In this document: positions 30,127-41,764 of the stretch, piece by piece | Layout of the letters: each line of letters begins with the position of its first letter | Numbering within the stretch: the stretch's first letter is position 1 | Source of the DNA: Eledone cirrhosa | Taxonomy: Eukaryota | Length of the DNA stretch: 64,000 nucleotides | Assembly (NCBI GenBank): GCA_964016885.1 | Contig: OZ024741.1 | Coordinates: 265,732,001 to 265,796,000 of the forward strand | Direction: 5' to 3' | Translations under genes and position numbers: made by a program | Notes under the pieces: generated by a model | The model's database searches: none | Seen by the model: only the letters and a program-made list of their open reading frames with translations | Told to the model about the DNA's origin: nothing

Positions 30127-30253
30127 GTACCAGTAATGTACTGGGTAATTGGTGGCCTTGTGCCTAAAGTAGAAACAATTATTAATATTCGAAAAAATAA
30201 AGTACCAGTAATGCACTGGGATAATTGCTGGCCTTGTGCCAAAAATTGAAACA
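30127..30253 (+). mobile_element. Two tandem SINE 3' fragments separated and flanked by the same 17-bp target
   Basis: attattaatattcgaaa at 30110, 30178 and 30254. Confidence 0.85.
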
Positions 30254-30383
30254 ATTATTAATATTCGAAAAACTCAGATTACATTTATTGTATTCAGCCA
30301 TGTAGAGCGAAATTTTCTTTTATATATATATATATATATATACAATATTAAATAAATGGAAACTATATTTATAAAACCATATT

Positions 30384-30449
30384 TATTTCATTATATATAT
30401 TTCAGGGATATCATATTAACAATATGCTATGCCTTCCTCAGACAAAATA
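30384..30449 (-). ncRNA. Type I minimal hammerhead ribozyme
   Basis: Minus strand: tattttgt-CTGAGGA-aggcatagcatatt-gtt-aatatgatatccct-GAAA-tatata-TA-atgaaata. Confidence 0.82.
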
Positions 30450-30575
30450 CAATATACAATATAAACAGTTTTATAGATAAATAGATTTGTAAATATACTC
30501 CAAATACTTGTCGAGTGCTTTTATATCAGTTATAAATATTTACTAGTTGTAACCCAACAATTTAAATATAACTTT

Positions 30576-30615
<40 letters not shown>

Positions 30616-30775
30616 CTGCTCTGTAAAACAACTGATGTTCTTACATTGAGGTATTTCTCTTACTGGTAATAAGGTAGTAATAAATTACTCACCTTCCCTG
30701 TTTATAGTTGTTTATAGTATAGTATATACATATATAACTATACATAGTATCTTTAATATTATATATATATACACA

Positions 30776-30810
<35 letters not shown>

Positions 30811-30862
30811 GAAAAGAAATTGGAAATGCAACTGGAGTTTTTTAAGAATATTTATTTATTTA

Positions 30863-30906
30863 TTTACTTTACTGGTTTCACACTTCTTATGATTTTCAAA
30901 AGTAAA
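30863..30906 (-). ncRNA. Hammerhead with U3:A8 core variant
   Basis: Minus strand: tttactt-TTGAAAA-tcat-aagaa-gtgt-GAAA-ccag-TA-aagtaaa; 7-bp helix I. Confidence 0.6.
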
Positions 30907-30960
30907 ATTGAGATGGAGGGCTTGTGTTTCTGTTGTGGTTTGATATATACACACACATTC

Positions 30961-31008
<48 letters not shown>

Positions 31009-31195
31009 GCACGCTCACACACACACGCTCACACACACACACACACATATATATACATATATATATATGAATGTATATATAATGTATTTTGCAATACACT
31101 TTATGCTTAATTAAAAGCATTTTGAAGACCGTATGCTATTGTTTTAGAGTAGTGACAAACTCACTTACTTTAATCTCAGCAAACAAGGGGAGATA

Positions 31196-31240
31196 AGCCG
31201 ACAAGGCCTTGTTTCGCATTTATTGATGCTTATCAAGGCT
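31196..31240 (-). ncRNA. Hammerhead with U3:A8 core variant
   Basis: Minus strand: agcc-TTGATAA-gcat-caataa-atgc-GAAA-caaggccttg-TC-ggct. Confidence 0.75.
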
Positions 31241-31289
31241 AACTACTCCCTCCTGTCTACTGAGATCACTGATGTTATATTCTTATAGA

Positions 31290-31369
<80 letters not shown>

Positions 31370-31404
31370 TATAAGTATTAATAAAATAGATGTTCTTTTG
31401 ATAA

Positions 31405-31467
31405 ATTACATTTTATTATACATATTTCGGATGTACAACAGTACGTCCTCATCAGACAAAATATAAT
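31405..31467 (-). ncRNA. Type I minimal hammerhead ribozyme
   Basis: Minus strand: attatattttgt-CTGATGA-ggacgtac-tgtt-gtacatcc-GAAA-tatgta-TA-ataaaatgtaat; 12-bp helix I. Confidence 0.88.
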
Positions 31468-32044
31468 GATACATGACATACCCTGAAATGTTAAATGGTT
31501 AAGATTTAATCAAGGTAGTGATTACCCGATAGAAAATTTTATTTATATAATATTTGTGTGAGAATGCGAAAACGAAATGAATTCATTAGAGAATGTGTGA
31601 GTAAGAAAAAACGTTGCATACTTAAAGTGTTCTATAATTTTAAATTGTATTATACTACAATATATCTATGGAAACGTCTCGTGAATCATCACAGCCAGTG
31701 ATAGCCACTGGAAAAAGATTTATAAGGAGGGAAAGATAAAGTGTGTGAGTGTGGGGGGGGGGGGGGGGGGGGGGTCGAAAGTTAAACGGTTAGAATTTGA
31801 AAATATTTAATTTATAATATTAATGTGAAGACTCCAGATTTCAGGATTATTTGCTATTTATTTATATATTATTTATATAAATTCGATAAGTGTATTATCA
31901 TTTCTAAACTTCTGAATTGTGAGAATAACATTTTAAAGGATTTAGCTGGCACGTGACATAATCATCGAATATTGTTTAACAACTTAATACTTATATTGCT
32001 CCCAACAGGTTGAGCGCTTACAATAGATTGAATATTATATAAAT

Positions 32045-33937
32045 ATGGATTTCTTAAACTTCTCAACTTCCCTCAAAGATATACCTATACCTTCAAATGA
32101 AGAATACATGAAGAAAACTATAGAACAGACAAACTCTTTTATTAGAAGATTAAGATGGAGAGCTTTTCATTTCGAAAATAAAGATGCTGAAAGAAAAACC
32201 AACAATAATCAGTTTGAATTTTTGTTTAAATCAAGAAAAAATCCTCCATACAACAAGCACCTGGGGCTTTTTGAAACAGAAATGCTCGGCATAATCAAAA
32301 ATATTAAATTTAGGAAAAACCCATATATAGGTCACCAATACCTCAAATCTCTAAAAGATAAAATCACTGAAATAAAAAATGTTAACAAAGTATTGGTTAA
32401 ATCTGACAAAACTAATAATTTATATGGGATAAGCAAAGATGAATATAACGACCTGATCCTGAAAGAACTTAGGGAAAATTACAAAAAAGCCCCGGCTGAT
32501 GATCTTACTGAAATTAATGAAGAAGCTTATAATTTAATTACCAATCTAGGAATACAAGGAAGAACTGAGCCATTCTTACCTAGAGAGCCGAGGATTAACC
32601 TGAAGGATCATAAAAGAAACTTTAAGGAAGAAATGTCAGTTAGACTGATTGCTCCATCGAAATCGGATATAGGAGTAATCAGTAAAAACATCATAGATAG
32701 AATATTACTCACTCTTAAATTGAGATCTAGTTTGAGCTTTTGGAAAGATACAAACGAGGTCATTGAATGGTACACGAATATTGAAGATAAGAAAAACTAT
32801 AAATTCATCCAGATGGATATTACTAGCTGCTATTCTTCTATAACACCTAAACTTCTAAATAAGGCCCTATCATATGCTTATAAGCATACTGATCTAACCA
32901 CAAATGAAATAGATATAATTTTAACAGCCAGAAGAACTCTCATTAACTTCAATAACGAACTTTGGACACGCTCAGATAGAGATACAAACTTTGATATCAC
33001 TATGGGGGCATCCGATTCTGCGCAAATCACAGATCTTCTGGGAATTTTCATATTAAACATGATAAATAGAAAACTGCCGGAGATTACCGGTGGTTTATAT
33101 AGGGACGACATTTTATTTATGGTGGTCAAACACAACAATATAGAATTAAATAGACTTAAGAAAAGTATAATAGAATTCTTTAAAACGTACGACCTTAAAT
33201 TAGAAGTAGAAAATGGTACCAAAATAGTTAATTTCCTTGACGTTACCTTTAACTTAAACACTGGCTTCTATTACCCTTTTCATAAGCCTAATGAAAACTT
33301 AAACTATGTTAGTAACTATTCAAATCCCCCTAGATCTGTAAAAGAAGCTATAGTAAATAGTGTGCAAAAACGTATTAACAAAATATCAGCTAATAAAGAT
33401 ATATTTGATAAAAATGCGGAATATTACAACAACGCTTTAAAAAGAGCAGGATATATGAATAATATAGAATATGTAGATAATAACAATCCAAGTATTATTC
33501 CTAATAATAATAATAAAAATTATAACACATATAAGAGTAACTCTAATAACTATAACTCAAACACACATACGCTAAATAAATCGAGAATACGAACTAGATT
33601 CAAACCAGTCATATGGTTTGCACCCCCAGCTTCGGTCGCAGTTAAAACACCAATTGCAAAACTATTCTTTAAAGCCCTTGACACCTCTTTCCCTACTCAA
33701 CATAAATACCATTCCATTTTTAATAGACATACCATTAAATTCGCAAATTCTACAACCAGTAACATGGCCCAAAACATCGCCAAATTAAACGCCAAAATCC
33801 TAAAACCAAACCAACATAATGATCATAATAATAGAGTTAACATTAATGATACTAAACCAAATTGTAATTGTAGAAATAAAAGTAATTGCCCTTTGCAAAA
33901 TTATTGTTTAAATAGTGATTTGATTTATAAAAACTGA
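32045..33937 (+). CDS. Penelope-like element reverse transcriptase (630-aa open frame; GIY-YIG separated by a frameshift)
   Basis: RRLRWRAFHF; KSDKT; QMDITSCYSSI (motif A); DITMGASDSAQITDL (B); GLYRDD (C); VNFLDV (E); CNCR..CPL..CL linker; LIY. Confidence 0.93.
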   Translation: MDFLNFSTSLKDIPIPSNEEYMKKTIEQTNSFIRRLRWRAFHFENKDAERKTNNNQFEFLFKSRKNPPYNKHLGLFETEMLGIIKNIKFRKNPYIGHQYLKSLKDKITEIKNVNKVLVKSDKTNNLYGISKDEYNDLILKELRENYKKAPADDLTEINEEAYNLITNLGIQGRTEPFLPREPRINLKDHKRNFKEEMSVRLIAPSKSDIGVISKNIIDRILLTLKLRSSLSFWKDTNEVIEWYTNIEDKKNYKFIQMDITSCYSSITPKLLNKALSYAYKHTDLTTNEIDIILTARRTLINFNNELWTRSDRDTNFDITMGASDSAQITDLLGIFILNMINRKLPEITGGLYRDDILFMVVKHNNIELNRLKKSIIEFFKTYDLKLEVENGTKIVNFLDVTFNLNTGFYYPFHKPNENLNYVSNYSNPPRSVKEAIVNSVQKRINKISANKDIFDKNAEYYNNALKRAGYMNNIEYVDNNNPSIIPNNNNKNYNTYKSNSNNYNSNTHTLNKSRIRTRFKPVIWFAPPASVAVKTPIAKLFFKALDTSFPTQHKYHSIFNRHTIKFANSTTSNMAQNIAKLNAKILKPNQHNDHNNRVNINDTKPNCNCRNKSNCPLQNYCLNSDLIYKN

Positions 33938-34334
33938 CCATAAAACATACAATTACATTGGATCAACCTCGTCCACATTCAAACTTCGTTTCGCGAACCA
34001 TAAATGCGCATTCTCGAACTCTAAGAAGAAATCATCCACGTCTTTATCACAGCTCATATGGTCTTTAAAAGAGAAGAATCTGGAATACTCCATTCTTTGG
34101 ACAAAACTTCGGAACTGTGGAATTTACCGCAACTCTAGTATATCAAATAACTGCCCGCTCTGTACAATGGAGACCTTGTTGATTATTAATAATTATGAGA
34201 CCTTAATTAACAAAAAAAGTGAATTATTCTCTAATTGCCTCCATAAAGCTATGTCCACTTTTTTAGCCTCACATAAAATGAGAAAGAAAGAACCAATAAC
34301 AACTCGGTTACCAGGAATATATAATCAACAGTAA
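33930..34334 (+). pseudogene. GIY-YIG endonuclease C-terminal part of the Penelope ORF (shifted frame)
   Basis: Hand translation: KTDHKTYNYIGSTSSTFKLRFANH..STSLSQLIWSLK..CPLCTME..LINKKSELFSNCLH..stop. Confidence 0.9.
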
Positions 34335-34643
34335 AAAACACCAATGGCCTTTAATATTGCTTTATTTTATAAATATCTATAGAAAAAAACAACGTTAGAA
34401 TGAATGACAATATTTCAATTAGGATGCCTAAACATTGATACACACAACTTTATTTGTTAACTTTGATCAACACCATCATTTATCTATAATTTAGTACATT
34501 ACCTAATCCTTACATATCTATTGAATTTATTTAACTGTGAATTTTTAATACATTTGTAATCTCTTTTAAATTTTGTTTTAATACCCAATCCAAAAATTTT
34601 TACGAAACTTATCTATAACTCCAAATTTTTAAAGATTTTTTTA

Positions 34644-34989
34644 TCTATTATTTATAGTTTAATATAGCATATTAGGGCCCGCATTAGGTGAACAACTTCA
34701 TTTATTCAGCTTTTTAGGGCTTTTTTGAGGCGTTACGTCTATCAGATTTTCCCGAAATTTCAAGGCATAAAAAGAATTCATTTTCTTGATCCCCTAGGGC
34801 CCACATTAGGTAAAAACCTGCATTTTTCCTGCTTCATCGAGGAAAATCTTAAAGATTATCCAGCCATCAGAGTATTCGGTTTATTTTCTTTACATATTGT
34901 CCAGGCATGCAGTTTTTCCACAATTAGGTTTGTTGGCGGCCCGCGTTCCAAAATACCTTATCCCGTGCAACGCCGGGTACCACTGTTAG
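34644..34989 (+). mobile_element. Probable non-autonomous Helitron
   Basis: 3' end cccgtgcaacgccgggtaccactg-TTAG-t (subterminal hairpin plus CTAG-like end). The 5' TC start is tentative. Confidence 0.55.
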
Positions 34990-35043
34990 TATATAATAAA
35001 ATAAATATGGTTTTATAAATATAGTTTCCATTTATTAATATCA

Positions 35044-35545
35044 CTAGCAGAAAAACCACCTTTCGGGTGGTTTTCTGCTAACCTGTGTAGTGTGCGTATT
35101 GATATTATACGCAAGTATATATACATGTAGATATGATACATCAAATAAAATCGTAATTGACAATATACACAGAAATTGAACGAAGACTGCGTTACACTGT
35201 CTTATGTAATTTATATTTAATCGAGAATAATGAAATTTAGTAGATAAATTATGTAATATTCATTCATGGTGGATTAGCAGTATCGGTAGAGGGTCGGACG
35301 CCATGCTTTCCAGCATAGTTACGTCCCTTTACGATCTGAGTTCAAATCCCGCCGAGGTTGACTTTGCCTTTCATCCTTACGGGATCGATAAAATAAAGTA
35401 CCAGTAATGCACTGGGTAATTTCTGGCCTTGTGCCTAAAGTAGAAACAATTATTTATTCAAAGTAATCCAACTTATTTTACAAACGGGATACAAAAAATA
35501 TATTTTGGACACTGTCCCGCACTCCTCCCTTTATTATAGTTTAGA
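35044..35545 (-). mobile_element. Non-autonomous Helitron carrying a SINE (35268-35450)
   Basis: Minus strand A|TC...hairpin ccacc/ggtgg...CTAG|T; homologous to 56311-57030. Confidence 0.75.
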
Positions 35546-35554
35546 TTGATATAT

Positions 35555-35611
<57 letters not shown>

Positions 35612-35650
35612 ATATTAAATAAATGGAAACTATATTTATAAAACCATATT

Positions 35651-35715
35651 TATTTTATTATATATATTTCAAGGGCAACCAAGACAACATTGGTACGCTT
35701 TCATCAGATAAAATA
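35651..35715 (-). ncRNA. Type I minimal hammerhead ribozyme
   Basis: Minus strand: tattttat-CTGATGA-aagcgtaccaa..ttggttgccctt-GAAA-tatata-TA-ataaaata. Confidence 0.85.
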
Positions 35716-35806
35716 CAAAATTTGTTTTATAAATAGAGACATACCCATGAAAATCATACCTTATCGGTTGGAAATTCACTGGATAGTGAATTAAATACCA
35801 CTTCTA

Positions 35807-35874
<68 letters not shown>

Positions 35875-35877
<3 letters not shown>

Positions 35878-36064
35878 CGAAGGAAATGTGGTAAGGAACC
35901 AGGTGGACTATAACGCACCAAAGTACTCAATACTTAGGGTAGTAGAGTGGGTAATAGGAACGAGTAGGACCCCGACGGCTGAGCTCAAGCCGTTTCGGCG
36001 GCTAATTCTGGACCAAATTAGCCGTCGAAACGGCTTGAGCTCAGCCGTCGAGGTCCTACTCGTT

Positions 36065-36068
<4 letters not shown>
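35875..36068 (-). mobile_element. (TA)n-flanked pLTR-like element with a fold-back palindrome (35954-36068)
   Basis: Same family as 22963, 50584 and 60002; axis ~36011. Confidence 0.78.
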
Positions 36069-36138
<70 letters not shown>

Positions 36139-36914
36139 CATATGTATATATAGCCTGTCGCTATATAACTATCATATATAACAATATATATAGTCTGTCA
36201 ATATATAACTACTATTCTAAACCTTATATCCATATTATAATAAATATAAATAAATGAGTCAGAAAAAACCAACTTTCCCTCCCCATTCCCCATCTCCCCA
36301 GCGCCAGTAAATAAATAGGTAAATAAGACTATAATAAAAGAAAATAACTATCTTATAATTATTAAACTAAAACCAAGAAACATTTTCCAAAAGATTTCCT
36401 ACAATTGCATCCAAATTACAAAGACAGAAAGAAAAAGATAATTCTCTCAAAATACTTCGTAACGATTGATATCAATGTATATGTTTTTTGGCAGACGATA
36501 TATGTCGTCGACATTTTAGTCTTTAATGCTGAGGCTTAACGTGAAAATGTCGGCGATTAGCATATCATACAAATAACCATCTGTCGTCTCTCTCACAGAT
36601 TTCTGCTAAAAATGACAGCTTGGGAGCTATCCTAGCTTCTCACTACTTTAACTTATTTGATACCAAACGGCCTGAAACCGCCCCCGATTTTGAAATACAA
36701 AGGCGGTGTGTTGTGTCCTTGAGCAATCGCTTTACTTCGTGTGGGCTCCAGTCACACTCAGCTGGAAAAAAATTAGTTGCGATGTCACTGGTCCCAAGCT
36801 GTATCGGCGTCTACTTTACCTTTTACCATATTTATCTAAGTGAAAGCCACCCATTTACAGAGCTGTTAGAGCATTCCATGGAGTGGTTCCACTTAGTCGT
36901 TCAGGTTGGTTCTC

Positions 36915-36988
36915 TGCGCTCTGAGTTCAAATCCGACTGAAGTCAACTTTGTCTTTCATCCTTTCGAGGTCGGTAAATAAAGTACCAG
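36915..36988 (+). mobile_element. Diverged SINE fragment
   Basis: ctgagttcaaatcc..tttcatcctttcgaggtcggtaaataaagtaccag. Confidence 0.7.
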
Positions 36989-37036
36989 CTTCCTCTATGT
37001 CCTCGTCTCCCCTTCTCTCTCTCTCACTATATATAT

Positions 37037-37090
<54 letters not shown>

Positions 37091-37301
37091 CCGTAGGTAG
37101 CTGAGGGCTGAAAGAAAAGAGTACTCAATACCGAAGAAGAGTTTAAATATTCATTTTATTAAGGCCAAATAGTGAGTCTTGTTACTCTGGAGTTTCTCCT
37201 GTTTAAGACTCACTATATAGCCTTAATAAAATGAATATATATATACATATATATAATCAGTTACAACAGTGACATGTATATGTACTTAAATGTACTTAAG
37301 T

Positions 37302-37987
37302 GATGGGTGACTAGTGTGTGTTTATGTGCTTGTTGTTATTGTGCTTGTGTATTTATTTATTTATTTATTTATTTATTTATTTTATTTTATTTACTTATTT
37401 ATACTTCTCTTAGGTCAGTGTTGTTTGTTTGGGTGTTGTTGTTGTTCCATTCATGAATGGAATGAATGGAATAACAACAACACCCAAACAAACAACACTG
37501 ACCTAAGAGAAGAATAAATAAATAAATAAATAAATAAATAAATACATACATACACAAGCACAATAACAACAAGCACATAAACACACACTAGTCACCCATC
37601 ACACAGCAAACAAAACACTATTCACACACGCAAACGCATGCGCAAAGAAGACAACATAAAATAAACAAACAAGCAAATAAATAAATAAATATATAGACAG
37701 ACTGAATAAAAATGGCGTAGACATACAATACAACAGGAGGAACATATAGCACCACTGACGATGTTGCAGATGTGCAACGAAAGATTTATGATAAACTATA
37801 TATATGTGTTTGTGTCTATATTGTATCTGTATTATTTTTGACCGTCGGTCAGTCAATGGCAACATTGAGGACCGAGTAAGTTAGATTACCGATATAAAAG
37901 ACACAGAAGCGAGAAGCGAAAACCAACCAAACAGTGAGTGTGTTCTGTTATTAATTCTGGCAATATTACACAAATATGACCCTCCCC

Positions 37988-37988
<1 letters not shown>
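37302..37988 (+). mobile_element. Penelope pLTR with a 5' inverted duplication (palindrome 37302-37600) and an HHR core at 37751-37792
   Basis: Reverse-complement homolog of 63166-63800; cca-CTGACGA-t-gttgca-gatg-tgcaac-GAAA-gatt-TA-tg. Confidence 0.8.
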
Positions 37989-38062
<74 letters not shown>

Positions 38063-38149
38063 CATATATACATATATATATATATACACATAAATATGTG
38101 TATATATATATATATATATGCACACGCACACACGAGTATATATATAATA

Positions 38150-38182
<33 letters not shown>

Positions 38183-38213
38183 TGCACACGCACACACGAG
38201 TATATATATAATA

Positions 38214-38304
<91 letters not shown>

Positions 38305-38358
38305 TAAACAAATAATGAATAAAACAATGAAACAGTTCCTTATATTAAACAAAAAAAG

Positions 38359-38513
38359 TTCATTATTTAACGATCGTTTCTAGGATATATATGTGTTAGA
38401 ATTGGCATGCATATTCAACAGATCTATGTACAAAATTATACAAAATTATACAAACTATCAAGATTAAATATACATACCAAACACACATATACGCCGTCTT
38501 CAGAAATAATGAA
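38359..38513 (-). ncRNA. Hammerhead ribozyme with a ~115-nt extended helix II
   Basis: Minus strand: ttcattattt-CTGAAGA-[long hairpin]-GAAA-cgatcg-TT-aaataatgaa; perfect 10-bp helix I. Confidence 0.78.
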
Positions 38514-38976
38514 ATATATTTATTGATAATAACAACAATTCAAAATTTCAGGTCCGTTTGGGAACAAAATTGACCAATGAAAATACAAAAGGTTTTATGC
38601 AGTTAGGTGTGTGTATATACATGTAACTACCCCATACACATATATATACAAAGATGTATGCTCAACATGCATACGCATGCCAAAAAGATGCATGCAAATA
38701 CAAAATTTCAAGGTTAATGTCTCTGTAAGTTTATAATGCACAGATAAGATGCGTATAGACACATAAATATGAAATAAGTGTATACACATATTCTCATACT
38801 CACACATATCCGTACACTCACACACACGCGCGCGTATATGCATAAACATACACATAATTACGAACATACATACACACACACACCCCCACACACATATATA
38901 TATGTGGATATAATATTATCATAAGCACATGGATATTAATTCACTCACATAAACACTGCCACACACATCTAGATCA

Positions 38977-39028
<52 letters not shown>

Positions 39029-39109
39029 ATATATATATATATATACATACATATACATATATAGTAATAATAATAAATTTGCTTAAACTTTAATCTGTTA
39101 TTTTAATAA

Positions 39110-39140
<31 letters not shown>

Positions 39141-39667
39141 TTAAATTGTTAAACAATATTCAATGATTATGTCAAAGAATGAGTTTTACAGTAGATTGGA
39201 AGCACTCAACGGCGAAAATAATTTTCTGGGGTTATTAATATTAAAATATAAGTATTAATAAAATAGATGTTCTTTTGATAAATTACATTTTATTATACAT
39301 ATTTCGGATGTACAACAGTACGTCCTCATCAGACAAAATATAATGATACGTGACATACCCTGAGATGTTAAATGGTTAAGATTTAATCAAGGTAGTATAT
39401 TACCAAGGTAGTTTACCTTGATTAAATCTTAACCATTTAACATCTCAGGGTATGTCATGTATCATTATATTTTGTCTGATGAGGACGTACTGTTATACAT
39501 CCGAAATATGTATAATAAAATGTAATTGATCAAAAGAACATCTATTTTATTAATACTTATATTTTAATATTAATAACCCCAGAAAATTATTTTCCACGTT
39601 CAGTGCTTCCAATCTACTGTAAAACTCATTCTTTGACATAATCATTGAATATTGTTTAACAATTTAA
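39141..39667. mobile_element. 527-bp palindrome of two inverted pLTR arms (~254 bp each), each with a hammerhead (39282-39344 minus, 39464-39526 plus), in (TA)n
   Basis: Arms 39141-39394 and 39414-39667. The arm matches 31362-31519, and its end matches 31955-31983 upstream of the Penelope ORF. Confidence 0.9.
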
Positions 39668-40846
39668 TATATATATATACATATATATATATATACTCGT
39701 GTGTGCGTGAACACACGTGTGTCATGTTTACTTGCTCCGAGCTGGTGTACTTGCAGCTTTATTATGTCAGTGGTGGTTAAATGTGAATGTATGTATGTGT
39801 GGATGTGTATGTGTGTATGTGTATGTGTGCCTGTATGCAGGTGTATATGTGCGCGCGCGTATATAGGTGTGTGCATGTCTATATATATGTTTATGTATGT
39901 ATGTGTGTGTATGTCTATATATGTTTGTCTGAATGTGTGTTTATGTATGTATGTGTGTGTGTATGTGCGTGTGTATGTATGTGCGTATGTGTGTGTATAT
40001 GTATGTGCACATGTGTGTGTATATGTGTGTATGTGCGTGTATATGTACGTATGTATGTGTGCGTACGTCTATGTATGTTTGTGTGAATGTGTGTTTATAT
40101 ATGTATGTGTATGTGCGTGTGTATGTATGTGCGTATGTGTGTGTATGAGTATGTGCGCATGTGTGTCTATATGTACGTGTGTATGCGTGTGTGTGTGTGT
40201 GTATGTGCGTGCATATGTGTGTGTCTGTGTTTATATGTGAATGTATATATATGTGTGCGTGTTTTTATGTGTATGTATATATGTGCGGCGTGTGTATATA
40301 TATGTGTATGTATATATATATGTGTATGTGTGTATGTGTTCGGGTATGTGTGGATGTATGTATATATGTGCGGCGAGTGTATATATATGTGTATGTAGAT
40401 ATATATGTGTATGTGTGTATGTGTTCGGGTATGTGTGGATGTATGTATATATGTGCGTGTGTGTGTATGTGTGCATGTGTGTATATGCGTTTGACTGTTA
40501 AGGTGTAATGATATCTACCAGAGAAATATATGCCAAGGATTTTCAGGTGTTCACCACATCAACATATTCCTCCTATAAAACTGTTCAAAAGTCACTTGAG
40601 CTGAAATAATAGTTCTTCTTTAACAGAGAAAAATGTTTCCTTTTTTACATTTCGTTTACAAATACACAGAGGGAGAGGGTGACAGAGAGAGGGAGAGAGA
40701 GAGAAAGAGAGAAAGAGAGAAAGAGAGGGGAGTTGAGTGAGGGAGAGGGGGAAGAGAAAATATAGATAATTTACGCTCATACAGCATATATTAGTATTAT
40801 ATGTTTATATACTTAAATAAATGCATATGTAAATATGCATGTGTAC

Positions 40847-40892
<46 letters not shown>

Positions 40893-40913
40893 GAAAAAAA
40901 CGAGGAAGTTTTC

Positions 40914-40987
<74 letters not shown>

Positions 40988-41764
40988 GTACACATGCATA
41001 TTTACATTTATTCACACATATGTACACTCACACTACCCCCGCACCCCCTCTCTCTCTCTCTACACACACGCACACACACACATATATATATATATATATT
41101 TGTTTTCTTCTCATTTTTTTTCCTGTCGAAGTAAAAATCCACCGTCTCTTCAAGTGTTCCTTACCACCGCCAATCACTTTATATCTATGACCCAGTTTTA
41201 CACATGTTACGGTATATAGTGACCTAGTTTTTACTTCCGGGTTGCAATCAGCTAAATACCGTGTCGATACCTTTCTCCGACGTCACTTCCGCTACTTCTG
41301 CTGCTACTGTCACCAATCGCTCTTGCTTCAATGGTTGACTGACTATTTCACTCCCCCTTCACCCTTACACCAGTCAACTGTACTACAAACTCACCATTAC
41401 CATTCCCATCCCATTTTGTTTCCTGTCTTTTGAAAAAGGAACCTCACTCCGAAATATCATGGAATATGAGGTAAAATTATAAACTGTTGTTTTGTTATAT
41501 TTGTCTCGCATTGTACTGGCTAACCCCAAATAATTTTAACCAACAGTCTTTACTTCGAGCACATTCCCATCTAAATTTCTCTTCTCACTATCACCACTAC
41601 CCCACTACAAAATACCTATCTCCCTAATTTACCCAACACGACATTTCGATACTCAACATATGAGTGTAACGGTCGTGTCCAGAAACCTACGAAACTGCAT
41701 CATCCGATGTAGAACAGCTGACGATTGGAGGTTCTCTAATGTTTTCTTTGTCTTCGTTTCTCTG

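Noticed and set aside
32878-33261. 127-aa antisense ORF
   Set aside because: Shadow of the RT coding strand.
33932-33943. TGA at the end of the RT ORF as possible selenocysteine read-through
   Set aside because: TAA follows two codons later and the YIG motif is in a different frame; no SECIS recognised.
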